Assembly: GCA_963846575.1 (NCBI GenBank)
Contig: CAWJWJ010000002.1
Coordinates: forward strand, 960,001 to 1,024,000
Direction of reading: 5' to 3'
DNA from: an uncultured Nitrospiraceae bacterium
GTDB lineage: Bacteria > Nitrospirota > Nitrospiria > Nitrospirales > Nitrospiraceae
Length of the DNA: 64,000 nucleotides
In this document: piece after piece, positions 19,278 to 29,399 of the stretch
How the letters are laid out: each line of letters opens with the position of its first letter
How positions within the stretch are numbered: the stretch's first letter is position 1
Made by a program: the position numbers and the translations under genes
Notes under the pieces: model-generated
The model's database searches: none
What the model was told of the DNA's origin: nothing
The model's input: only the letters and a program-made list of their open reading frames with translations

Positions 19278-21072
19278 ATGGAGGGTGGTATGATCGCACC
19301 GACTTCTACTACCATAACCAAGTTGCTGCTGGTTTTGTCGTTGCTATCCACCGGTGGTTGTTTAATATGGGATCGCCCTCATCAACTAAACTCATTCCGT
19401 AGTTACATCGGTACAAATAAAGAACACCTCGACCTCTCACCGGTATGTGCTTCGAACGCCAGGCCCAAACACTTTGTGCTCCTTCATGGCATTTATGGGG
19501 ATGGTAAGACCTTTGGAAGGCTTCCCGAATTGTTAACTACACAGTCAAATTACGCGTGCGCGAAGTCTGTCCACATCATGGACTACTGGAGTAGCAGGTT
19601 CTTTCCTAACTTTCAGAGACTGGAAGATTTGGGTAACGCCTTTGAATCAAACCTACGGGAGATAGCTAACAGAGGTTCGGATGAGGACATTTTTATCATA
19701 GCGCACAGTCAAGGAGGATTGATCGCAAGACATGCGATTGCAGCGCTCGCCTCGGATCCTGCTGCGAAAGATATTGTGAATAGGATCACTCTCATAATGA
19801 TTGGAACACCCAATCTTCCATCTGCTTATGCCACCCTGAATAACGCTTTTGTGAATTCGGTACTGTTTCCCGCAACCTATGGCTTTGCCTTGCTTCAAAC
19901 ATTTGTTAAACCGGTAGTAAAAGAGCAGCACGCCCTGATCTACAACAGACAAGCTTTCGATATGGCGGACAATGGACTATTTTCGGGTAGGCAATGTCGC
20001 CCTTCATGGAATCATTGACGTTGAAATGGACTGAGTTGTTCTATTTGTTGAATGGCACCTCTCCTAAGCCAAAAGTTTACTCTATTTTGGCGTGTACGAT
20101 CTTTTTAATGCTTTAGCATTAAGCGATGGAGTAGTGCACTCGACAAGTTCACTGTATGCTGGAGTGCCACGAGAGAACACTTACCATGTGCCGTACAGAC
20201 ACTTCGGCCAAGAAGCTTATGTCACAGGGGTCTCGCACTATACCTTTCAAGCCCTCGAATGTATTTTTTCGGGAGGAGGGATAAACCCACGAATGTGTCC
20301 GCCAAATGCGTCTGGCGAAAGACCTCTGTTCTCAGGAGACCTATCACCATTTCGAGATCTATCCATTGCGTTTGTAACCTTTGTGGAAGAAGTTCCTGGT
20401 CCATCGTCTAAAACTCACAAAGGTCCCGATGGTCTCACGCAATTAGAAGAGCGTCCTTCTGATCCGGTTGTGTTACGCAATTTTGAGATAGACGATGGTG
20501 CATTTGCTCCAATGCATCTCGGCAAGCAAATGAGAGCAGCGATGGCGGTGGAATCCCGTCCATTTGAGGGGGGAATTGTGAATGGACTCTGGAATGCTTT
20601 TGAGCCCTGGCTGCTAATAGCGCCTTCTGTACTTCACAGTTTCGGTGATGTGGCGGTTCAGAGTCTAGAGCGGCGAGGATCAAACACTCCCAAATTGAGG
20701 CTCCTGGGACAGCCCCACCTGTTATATGCCGGTGAGCGAGCCGGCGAGATCGAATTCACACTTAATGTTGGAACGGCGGGTTGGTTGGGTTTGGGCCAAG
20801 AGACGAAAAGCAGCAAAATAAAGTTTTATGTCAACGATGATTCCAGCTTTTCCCATGCTGGATGCGAAGTTAAATATAGGTTGATATGGAGTTCTAAAGA
20901 AGCAATCGAACCGCTAAATTCTAATCAATATGCAATTGCTTTGGTTGAGAACGCCCCGAACTTTATCAAAATTGACATTAATGACGAGGAGATAGTGTTA
21001 AGGAATCTCGCCTGCAATAAAGGACATGGTATGATTGCTGGCGACGGCTTGCCCCTGTCGCAGAATCGTTAA
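19278..21072 (+). pseudogene. Alpha/beta-hydrolase lipoprotein, broken by frameshifts at ~19975-20092
   Basis: Lipobox-like TGGC; VLLHG, AHSQGG and IGTPN in 19278-20018; SDGVV and PYRH (Asp/His) in 20092-21072. Confidence 0.75.
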
Positions 21073-21405
21073 GGATTAATGGTTGTCGGGATTAACTGCT
21101 CTTTTCATATCAGCCCCAGCTCTTCATGGCGATGCTGCACCGCTTGCAGATTAGGCGATTAAGTCAAGTCACTGGTTCTGCTGCGTTTCGCGTAGGATTC
21201 GATGGATGTAAGCAGCCGAATTAGGGTCCTTCGAGAGATGAACCCCTGCTGCAATAAGGTCTCTACATGGGCAGACGCCCTGTGGGCCTGATGACTGATG
21301 AGGTCCTGCTGATTAATAGTGTCGAGGTTTTGAAATTGATGGATGCCTGGAACGCAGTTAAACATTAGCATCGCTTTGATTGGCAATCGATATTGTTTTA
21401 GACAC

Positions 21406-21591
21406 TTATGACCACGCATTGCAGATCCGGCCAGCTAGTGACTCGGCCGACTGCATCTGGTCTATCGCCAAATAAACACGCCTTAGTAACTCTTTCGCTT
21501 CAGACGGCCTGAGATCCACCGCATCGACAAGCTCCAACACATGATCGATCAGATACTGCTCCTCTTTGGTGTTGGGAGGAGGCCCCGGCAC
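21406..21591 (-). CDS. Small hypothetical protein
   Basis: 61-aa helical-looking ORF with RBS-like GGAAGG upstream. Confidence 0.35.
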   Translation of the reverse strand: MPGPPPNTKEEQYLIDHVLELVDAVDLRPSEAKELLRRVYLAIDQMQSAESLAGRICNAWS

Positions 21592-21974
21592 AATGACCTT
21601 CCCGTTCGCTCTCCGTATCGTTTGCGTAACTCAGGCACCATATCGTGAACCTCATGTTTCGTGCAGATGCCTTTCCGTCAATTAATGAATCGCCTCCATT
21701 CCCCACATATTGGCAAGCATCCCTTCTTCTTTTGTACCAGTCTCTCGGGGGGTTAAACGATCAGCCATTCTTCATCCTTTTTCCCTGCGGATTCTAGCAA
21801 TCGCTAGCTTGCCACATACAGCCATCAAGCTAAGTCTCGTGCAACGGCCTTAGAACACACCTACGAAAACCGAAGCGCCATGCCTAGCAGGGAACGTGTC
21901 TTTTCTATTCTCTAACAACACGCCGATATAACATAGCGTGTCCGCCTAGCCGTTAAGAAGGGAGCACTCTTCCT

Positions 21975-22784
21975 ATGTCTGATCCAGCCTGGGATATCAA
22001 TCGGCAACCTCGTGGATCACCGTTCAAAGCCCCGCCGCTGCGGTTGCCAGGACAGTCAGTGGATGAACGTATAAGCATCCTTCACGCCAGAATTGATGAT
22101 CTCTTGGTAATCCCGTTGTGCTTCGTCGTGGTCGCCGGATATGGCTGGATTCAGTGGTGGACAGGGCGTCCGTTACACCCACTGATTCTCACCGCCGTGG
22201 CAATCATCGCCGTAGCATGTGCATGGATAAAACTACGGCCCATTAGGCGGGCCGTGAAGAAGCTTAAGCTCGGTCGAGACGGTGAACGGATCGTGGGACA
22301 GATGCTCGAACAGTTACGAGGAAATGGATACCGCGTGTTTCACGACATTCCTGGGCCATCGTTCAATATCGACCATGTCATAGTGGGGCCAGCGGGTATC
22401 TTTTCCATCGAGACGAAAGCGCGAACTAAGCCAATACGTGGTCGGGGGAAGATTATCTACGATGGCGATACAGTTCAGATAGAAGGGAAAGGGGCAGTGG
22501 ATGCACCGTTGAATCAAGTGCGGGCACAAGCGCACTGGCTGGCTGCTCTACTCAATGACGGTCATGTCTCGAAGCACAGAGTTCGACCGGTGCTAGTGTT
22601 TCCTGAGTGGTACATTGAGTGGACCGGTCCACGTCTGGGCAGGAATGACGTGTGGGTGCTCAATCCGAAGGCGCTCGCCAGGTTCCTCGAACACGAGCCG
22701 CACATTCTCTCGCCCGCGATAGTTGAAATGGTGGCGCACATCCTTTCGCTATACTGCCGCCAGTCCATGAGAGAGTCGGCTTGA
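21975..22784 (+). CDS. Membrane-anchored NERD nuclease-domain protein
   Basis: Two TM helices, then GRDGERIV...VFHDIP...NIDHVIVGPAGIFSIETK (PD-(D/E)xK NERD). Confidence 0.9.
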   Translation: MSDPAWDINRQPRGSPFKAPPLRLPGQSVDERISILHARIDDLLVIPLCFVVVAGYGWIQWWTGRPLHPLILTAVAIIAVACAWIKLRPIRRAVKKLKLGRDGERIVGQMLEQLRGNGYRVFHDIPGPSFNIDHVIVGPAGIFSIETKARTKPIRGRGKIIYDGDTVQIEGKGAVDAPLNQVRAQAHWLAALLNDGHVSKHRVRPVLVFPEWYIEWTGPRLGRNDVWVLNPKALARFLEHEPHILSPAIVEMVAHILSLYCRQSMRESA

Positions 22785-22962
22785 GATGCTTTCTAGGTTG
22801 GTGCTGGATCGCCTATTACCGCCGCCGGAGGGGCGATTTGGATGGAGAAGGAGACTGAGCCCGTAAGGTGGACCCTGCTGACACTTCCCATTAGGTTGGC
22901 CCCCGCTGGCGAATGGCACTTCTGTTTGGCCGTTTATAAGAATTCGGGTATCATCCAGTTAC

Positions 22963-23864
22963 ATGCTGAAAGGGAAACTATACCTTGCCTATTCAGGCGA
23001 AGTCCCTCGTGATTCATCTCAAGCACTTCTATTAAAACGCGCTTGGGAGTCTGTTCGGCGAAATTCAGGCTTCCAGCGAGACTGCCGTCTTTTAACTTCC
23101 AATCGGTCCGATCCCTCAGGAAAACTCAAAGAACAGTTTATGCGTAAGTGGGGTGTTGCATTAGCTGATCCCGCGAAGTCATTCGAAGATATAGTGGGCG
23201 GGGCGGCAATAGTGCTCTTGCATGACACGAATACATTTAGCGATGCGTACCTACGTTTATATGGCGATACCATCTATGGGGAAGACAAGGTGGTTCAATG
23301 TGACCAGTACCACAATCTCTATCACTTACTTGGGGCAGAGGACTTCAAACGCCTAAGCTCCATTGCTACAGGGCAGAGCACACACAGCGGGCCTATTGAA
23401 ACGCTTCAGGATGGTTCGTCCATTCCTCGGCAGATCCACCTGTCGATAGACGTGGACCAGAACCCTGTAGCCATTTTATATAAGATACAACTCATCATCA
23501 GAGCGTTGCGAGAAGCAAGGGCTTTAGCGGGTAAAACGCCTCATCTTGCTCCGCGAACTAAACAGCAACTCGCAGGTATAGCAGAACAACTGGATCTTGT
23601 CGGCGATGGCCGACGAGATTTCAGCAAAGACGATACGACCTTCCGCGTGTGGGATTTATCGCAAGAGGGTAAAACGAAACGTATGAGATAGCCCGGATGG
23701 TATGGCCCGATCAGTATGATCCCAATGAGGGAGTCCGTGACGCGGCGGGCGATAGAACTACGATAGGGAAGCGAGTTTACGAGTATAAGAAGCGGGCTAA
23801 TGACTGGATTAAGCTCTACGGGAAGCTCATAAAGGACGAAAATGAGCGTTCCCTGCAGCAATAA
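22963..23864 (+). pseudogene. FseA-like (DUF6499...DUF2285-type HTH) transcriptional activator, disrupted by a 5-bp duplication
   Basis: AWESVRRNSGFQRD and KWGVALADP motifs. Removing one AAACG (23672-23681) gives FRVWDLSQEGKTYEIARMVWP...KRVYEYKKRANDWI, ending at TAA 23864. Confidence 0.6.
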
Positions 23865-24030
23865 AACAACGACTTTTTTTGTACCCTGGCGGCTTCCTCT
23901 AAGCCGTTTTATCTTCTTGAGAGCCGAGGCTGGCGTTGATGCTGGTCTCGGCTTTTCTGTTTCTGGGCTAGTAACTCGAAGGGAGGGATAAGTTGTCGGA
24001 TCAAGAAAAACAAGGTTTCCCCGGTACCGT

Positions 24031-24371
24031 ATGCCCACAGTGTGGGTACTAGGGGGAACCTCTAGAGGCACTCTATTTCCTAGACGTGGCCGCTGCACTT
24101 ATCCCCATGACCTACGACAGCCTGAGGAAGTTCCTGTCTAGGCACCGGGCCGAGTTTCCTGCCCGATACGGCAGATGGCAAGACGAGACGACGACAACGG
24201 CTCCTGACAGGTGCGGAGATTAGGCGCATCAGGGAGCGTCTGGTAGAGCCCCCAAGACGGACACCCTGGACGATGTGTTCCGACGAGGCATTGTCTCCGC
24301 GGAAGAGAACGTTGATGAAACGAAAGGGAATTCTGATTGATGGAGTCGGGGAGTGTGACCTTAACCTGTGA
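24031..24371 (+). pseudogene. Small frameshifted DNA-binding-like ORF
   Basis: Pieces LYFLDVAAALIPMTYDSLRKFLSRHRAEFP and RQRLLTGAEIRRIRERL resemble a MerR/Xis-type HTH; need frame changes to join. Confidence 0.35.
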
Positions 24372-24487
24372 CTAGGAGGTGTGCAATGGACGAAAGTTAG
24401 ACTGATCGACGACGCAATAGAGCGTAGAGGGGAACATCGGGTGTGCCTGGTTGAACCCGGGCGAAGCCCATAACACAAGTAAACGAC

Positions 24488-25531
24488 GTGAAAGGAGCAG
24501 CATGCAGAACAGTAAACGATTCACTTTCTATTCACCCTATAAGGCAGGTACCCGTGACGAAAGCGAAATTTAATCCGATGACGGCGTCAGAGTTGATTGA
24601 CATGGATATGGAGGAGGAAATCGAGTGGGTTTGGGAAGACTATTTCCCGGCTGGGGGGCTGGTGATCTTGGCCGCCAAGCCAAAGGTAGGCAAGAGCACA
24701 CTGGCCTATCAGTTAATCGTGAAGATCGCAAAAGGAGAGCCGTTTTTGGAGCGTTCAACCAAGCAGGGAGGCGTTCTCATCGTGGCTTTGGAAGAACACC
24801 TTCGGGATGTGAGGCTGAGGCTCAAGGAGTTGGATGGGAGGCTGGATAATATCTTCATCCATTCTGGCAGCTTAGTGCCGAATAGTGACACTCTGCTGGC
24901 GATTGAAATATTTGCGCTAGAGCGCGGGGTGAATCTCATTGTAATCGACACACTCGCCATGTTTTGGCGGCTCCAAGATGAAAGTGATGTGTCGGCTATG
25001 ACGAGGGAGATTAAGCCTTTGTTAGAGCTCGCACGCAATACAGGAGCATGCGTGGTGCTTATTCATCACTTTCGGAAGTCCGAGGGAAGCGGTGGTGATG
25101 AGATCCGTGGTTCCATCGCCTTGATGGGTGCCGTGGACATAGCGTTGGGGTTGTATCCGCAAGGGGGAGGTAATCGGCGAGAATTGAAGAAATTAGGAAG
25201 CCGATACAGCGAAACATCATCTGAATTGACCGTCGAGCTAAAAGACGGTGAGTACGTGGTGGTGGATATTGACCTTCAGAGCTCCGAGGCTGAAGAGAAA
25301 CGTCTGGCGGGCGCGCTGACCTCAGAGCCGCAGGATATTGAGAGCCTGGCAAAGGCAGCGGGTGTGCCGCGAAGTAGGGTCTACAAGCAGATGAAGCGCC
25401 TGGTGGACCAGGGGCTGGCTCAACTCCACGGGGAGGGCGTTAAAGGCAGCCCTCATACCTACACAGCAGTCGTGCCAGATTCTCTTTCTGTTCCACCATC
25501 CTTCCTTAGAGAAAGAAGAGAGAGAGCATAG
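24488..25531 (+). CDS. RepA/AAA_25-type helicase-like ATPase with C-terminal HTH
   Basis: Walker A AAKPKVGKS, Walker B LIVIDT, IHHFRK, IRGS; HTH IESLAKAAGVPRSRVYKQMKRLV. True start may be ~24554-24578. Confidence 0.88.
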   Translation: MKGAACRTVNDSLSIHPIRQVPVTKAKFNPMTASELIDMDMEEEIEWVWEDYFPAGGLVILAAKPKVGKSTLAYQLIVKIAKGEPFLERSTKQGGVLIVALEEHLRDVRLRLKELDGRLDNIFIHSGSLVPNSDTLLAIEIFALERGVNLIVIDTLAMFWRLQDESDVSAMTREIKPLLELARNTGACVVLIHHFRKSEGSGGDEIRGSIALMGAVDIALGLYPQGGGNRRELKKLGSRYSETSSELTVELKDGEYVVVDIDLQSSEAEEKRLAGALTSEPQDIESLAKAAGVPRSRVYKQMKRLVDQGLAQLHGEGVKGSPHTYTAVVPDSLSVPPSFLRERRERA

Positions 25532-25730
25532 TGTCGAAGCGGTAGTAGCAGGGTAGAGATACCCTCGTGACTCTCGCCTGGGAGCAATTAGTAGTCTCAG
25601 GCGAGCGCGAGGTCCCACATTAACTAAAGGAGATCAAAATTCGTCAGCACGGCAAGCAATATGGGCATCGGGGAGGGCAGGTAGGGAGCGATTACTACGA
25701 CAAGGGGAAAGGCCGTTTGCGGGAGCCGGT

Positions 25731-25955
25731 TCTTATACGTCGATCAGGGAAGCCGCAAACTGGGCGGGGGTGTCGCCTCGGACAATGATGCGGTGGGTAG
25801 ACCAGGGATTGCCTCACTACCAAGCTAGACCAAGAGCAAAGGTGTTGGTACGGCCTGAAGATGTTGACGCCTTTCTTCAAAAGCAGCAGGTGCCACAAAT
25901 GGATCTTGATGCATTGGTCGAGGAGGTCATGCAGGGGCTCACCACCAAAAACTGA
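25731..25955 (+). CDS. Excisionase-like HTH protein (start unresolved)
   Basis: SYTSIREAANWAGVSPRTMMRWVDQGLP...VLVRPEDVDAFL is HTH_17/Xis-like. Confidence 0.75.
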   Translation, partial: SYTSIREAANWAGVSPRTMMRWVDQGLPHYQARPRAKVLVRPEDVDAFLQKQQVPQMDLDALVEEVMQGLTTKN

Positions 25956-25956
25956 C

Positions 25957-25992
25957 AGGGAGGGCGGTTCCGTGCGGTGCCGCCCTTCTTTC
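25957..25992 (+). terminator. Probable intrinsic terminator
   Basis: GGAGGGCGG...CCGCCCTTC stem followed by a short T run, right after the xis stop. Confidence 0.5.
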
Positions 25993-26042
25993 AAATATTG
26001 CATGGATATGACTGAACGATGCACAGAGCGGGTTCAGGCACA

Positions 26043-26231
26043 TCAGCCCTTTGATTTCGGCAGCACGCCCTTGCGCTCAAGTTCAGTGACATGGCTCTCC
26101 AACAGCTCCTTTAGATACGCAGGAAAGCCTTTTCCTGTCAGCGCGGCAGCAGCCCGGAGCTTTCTTACTGTCTCTGGTGGGATCCCCCTTACCAAGAGCG
26201 CCGGAGCTTCTTGGCGTTTCTGTGTTGTCAT
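26043..26231 (-). CDS. Ribbon-helix-helix (FitA/CopG-like) protein
   Basis: 62 aa; LLVRGIPPETVRKLRAAAALTGKGFPAYLKELLE; divergent from int. Confidence 0.72.
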   Translation of the reverse strand: MTTQKRQEAPALLVRGIPPETVRKLRAAAALTGKGFPAYLKELLESHVTELERKGVLPKSKG

Positions 26232-26288
26232 TTGCCAGGAAGCTAGCACAGGACGCCCCTGATTGCCACGTGATCTTGCAAAGCTATC

Positions 26289-26309
26289 TATGATATCATT
26301 GAAATCATA
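26289..26309. promoter_or_regulatory. Palindromic operator between the RHH gene and int
   Basis: TATGATATCA-T-TGAAATCATA, near-perfect inverted repeat. Confidence 0.55.
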
Positions 26310-26331
26310 TCTTATTAAGGAGGTGAACGTT

Positions 26332-27504
26332 ATGAGTGTCAAACTCCGAGAACGCCCGGGTAAAGGTTGGTTCGTAATGACAGATTGGAAGGGCCAACGG
26401 AAGTCAAACGCGTTTGGGAATAACAAGAAAGGAGCTCAAGAGTTTGCCCTGGAAGCTAGAGGCTCGGCTGAAGCGGGCGGAAGCCAGTGGTGAGCCTATC
26501 TTTCTTTCACAGCCGAATCAAAGCATGCCGACTGTGAAGGAGTATCTAATTGAGTGGTTAGAAACCCATGCGAGGGTTCACTGCAAGCCTTCCACTTATC
26601 GTGGTTATAGGCGAGCCATTGAAAAGCATCTAATCCCCACTTTCGGGGACAGACCATTGCATCTTCTGAAGCGTGAGGAAGTAAAACGATTCATCGCTAT
26701 TCAGATTGGCGAGGGAAAGGCGAGGGGGACCATTCAGAATTATCTCGTTCCGCTAAAGGCTGCTTTTAACCAAGCCAAAGAAGACGGTCTGGTTGTCACG
26801 AATCCAGCGGAACGATTGGGCAAACTCTTACAGCCGTCACATGATCGACGGGAGGAGATGCAGCCACTTACGTCTGGGGAAGTTCACACACTGCTAACAG
26901 TGGCTCAAACGCAATATCCATCTCTGTACCCGATACTACTTTGTGCTGTTCGTACAGGGATGAGGCAGGGTGAGCTGATTGGCCTCCAATGGGGAGATCT
27001 GGATATTCGTGGGCAGTTCATCGATGTTCGCCGCGGTGTTGTTTTAGGAGAAGTCACAACGACAAAAAGTAAGAAAATAAGACGCGTCCATATCAGTCCC
27101 CAACTGCTCGGCGTCCTTCAACGCATAAAAGAGATTCGCCAGTTGGAAGCCATGAGTGAGGATAAAGAGCTGTCCGAATGGATTTTTCTATCGCCTGAGG
27201 GACTACGCTGGGATGATCGAAATCTTAGGCGCGGGTTTTATCGTTGCCTAGACAAGGCAGGGATCAGGAAAGTTCGGTTCCATGATCTGAGGCATACCTA
27301 TGCGTCCTTAATGGCCGAAGCCGGTGCCCCGCCTAAGTTTGTTCAGCAGCAACTTGGGCATTCCTCTCTTTCCAGGTCACGATGGATATCTATTCGCATC
27401 TTTTCCCAGATGGAAACCGAGATTGGGTCGCCAAGCTAGATGTTCCAGTAACAGACACTCCCCTGATGGGGCGAATCCGCAACCCAGCCGCAACCGCAAC
27501 CTGA
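26332..27504 (+). pseudogene. int: Tyrosine recombinase/integrase with two frameshifts (~26448, ~27368)
   Basis: RBS AAGGAGG. RTGMRQGE, HDLRHTYAS and LGHSS are in the main frame; the catalytic-Tyr segment QVTMDIYSHL is in another frame, ending at TGA 27504. Confidence 0.9.
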
Positions 27505-27526
27505 ACCAATCGAATTGGCGCAACCT
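27477..27526 (+). repeat. CCGCAACC direct repeats, probable integrase arm-type sites
   Basis: TCCGCAACCCAGCCGCAACCGCAACC plus GCGCAACCT, immediately inside the att junction. Confidence 0.5.
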
Positions 27527-27537
27527 AACTAGCTGGA

Positions 27538-27573
27538 ATGAGTCCGCTGCTCTACCAACTGAGCTACACCGCC
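27538..27573 (-). tRNA. tRNA-Met(CAT) 5' half only (positions 1-36), att remnant
   Basis: GGCGGTGTAGCTCAGTTGGTAGAGCAGCGGACTCAT gives acceptor 5' strand, D-arm, anticodon 5' strand and CAT. No 3' half follows. Candidate promoter TAGACA-N18-TATTAT at 27647-27618. Confidence 0.88.
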
Positions 27574-28459
27574 ACTTTATGAGGCTTACTCGAGAGGGGG
27601 AACGCAAGTGAACCGCAATAATAGCCGAAGACGAGTTGAAGTGTCTACCGATTGACCGAGGAAAACTGCGTCAAGAGACTGCCCAGGTTGAAAAGAGCAG
27701 CCGCCTCTCTGGTAGGGGCTGGTGAGTGAAGCCCGTCGACTTCCGGTCCGCCAAGCAGGGTCGTCCTCACTTGGCAGGGAACTGCCTCTCAGGCTACCGA
27801 TGCTTTTCCTTGTTCCGTCTGACCAGTGGTTACAGTGACTGGATTGCGAGCCGTGCGCAGCGCGGCATCGAGGGCCGTTGCCTCGGAGAGGGAGGCCGGT
27901 TCATCGATGAATGTCCGAATCTTCAGTGGGGTCTACCTCTTCACGTGCCGGGCAGAATCGCTCGGAATCCATTCACCGGCCGTCTTCGGATGTCACGGTA
28001 CCTGCCTGAGCCGTTCCTCCGCGCAGATAGAAGAACGATCCGGCCGCCACCCGGAGGTGTTCACAAGGGAGACCTCCCCGCAAAGGGCTCTGGCGGGATC
28101 CATCAAGGTGAGCCGCTCATGCCAGTTTTCTCAGGATGGAAGAAGCGGGTGGAAGTCTATAAACTGGCTGAGCGCATGGACTAGGGTCCAGTGACGAGAT
28201 CCAAAACCTTGCTCGTCGGCACCCGTCAATCTTGAGGCTGTGAATTCGAGCCGCACGATTAGATAGGCATGGAGGGATCTCGTTATCCGGCACGAGATGT
28301 TTCGCATCCTGGGCCCGGATCGGGCGCGGCGGTCCCACATGTCCCTTAATAAGTGGAGCCGTCTGCGTCGCGGTTCGATCTGCTCGCACAGATGCTCGCG
28401 CCCCTGGACGTGATTTCGCGGACGGTGGCGCGTCGAACGACTGAAAGGAGAGCTGTATT

Positions 28460-29386
28460 ATGACCGTAGTATCCATGGACAGTGTCCTGCCCTGGTTGTT
28501 GAGCATGTCGGCGGCGGTGGGCATCGCCATTCTGCGAGTCGGACTGGTGATCGTAGTCGGGTATGTCGCCATTCGTTTCGTCCGCTTGGGCTTGCAACAG
28601 TTGGAACGGGTGATGATCGTGACCAGCGCCCTTCCCGATCAACAGTCGGGGACTGCCCAGAAGCGCGCCGCGACCCTGACCGGAATTCTCAAGACCATTG
28701 CGATGACCGCGATCTGGGCCATCGTCGTCATCGAATCGCTGCACTTCGTGGGGCTGGACGTCGCGCCGATCCTTGCCGGTGCGGGCATCCTGGGTCTGGC
28801 CGTCGGCTTTGGCGCACAAAACCTGGTCCGGGACCTCATCAGCGGGTTCTTCATCATTCTTGAGGATCAGATCCGGCTGGGAGACGTCGCCGTGATCAAC
28901 GGAACCGGAGGACTGGTGGAGATCATCACATTCCGGACCATCTCATTGCGGGATTTTTCCGGGGTGGTGCACATCTTTCCCAACGGGGCGATCAACACAC
29001 TCTCGAACATGACGAAAGATTGGTCTGCGTTTGTGCTGGATATGGGAGTGGCCTACCATGAAGATACGGACCGGGTGGTCGAGGTCATGAAGAGGGTCGG
29101 CGAAGAACTCCGCAGTGATCTCACATTCGGCCCGAAGATGATTGAGCCCATCGAAGTGGTGGGTGTGGAGAATTTTGCCGACTCTGCCGTGACGGTGCGC
29201 GCGCGCATCAAAACCAAACCGCTGGAGCAATGGAACATCGGACGGGAATACCGGCGCCGCCTGAAGCAGGCCTTCGATGCGCAAGGCATCGAAATTCCTT
29301 TCCCATACCGGACATTGGTCATGAGCGATACTCCCGGCCCGTTCAAGGTCGAAGTGGTGGCCGGCTCAAGCGGAGTGCAGGCTTAA
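28460..29386 (+). CDS. Small-conductance mechanosensitive channel (MscS/YbiO-like)
   Basis: LAGAGILGLAVGFGAQNLVRD, GDVAVING, FPNG, GIEIPFP. Confidence 0.95.
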   Translation: MTVVSMDSVLPWLLSMSAAVGIAILRVGLVIVVGYVAIRFVRLGLQQLERVMIVTSALPDQQSGTAQKRAATLTGILKTIAMTAIWAIVVIESLHFVGLDVAPILAGAGILGLAVGFGAQNLVRDLISGFFIILEDQIRLGDVAVINGTGGLVEIITFRTISLRDFSGVVHIFPNGAINTLSNMTKDWSAFVLDMGVAYHEDTDRVVEVMKRVGEELRSDLTFGPKMIEPIEVVGVENFADSAVTVRARIKTKPLEQWNIGREYRRRLKQAFDAQGIEIPFPYRTLVMSDTPGPFKVEVVAGSSGVQA

Positions 29387-29399
29387 CCGGGGATACTTC

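Noticed and set aside
25481..25528. Pyrimidine/purine tracts at the helicase 3' end as a replication origin
   Set aside because: Low-complexity and only loosely inverted; not enough support from sequence alone.
27400..27573. Group I intron after U36 of a CAT tRNA
   Set aside because: The break position fits known introns, but the next sequence is arm repeats and integrase coding DNA, with no intron core or 3' exon nearby.
27726..28340. ORFs between the tRNA half and mscS
   Set aside because: Overlapping frames on both strands with no motifs or convincing RBS; left unannotated.
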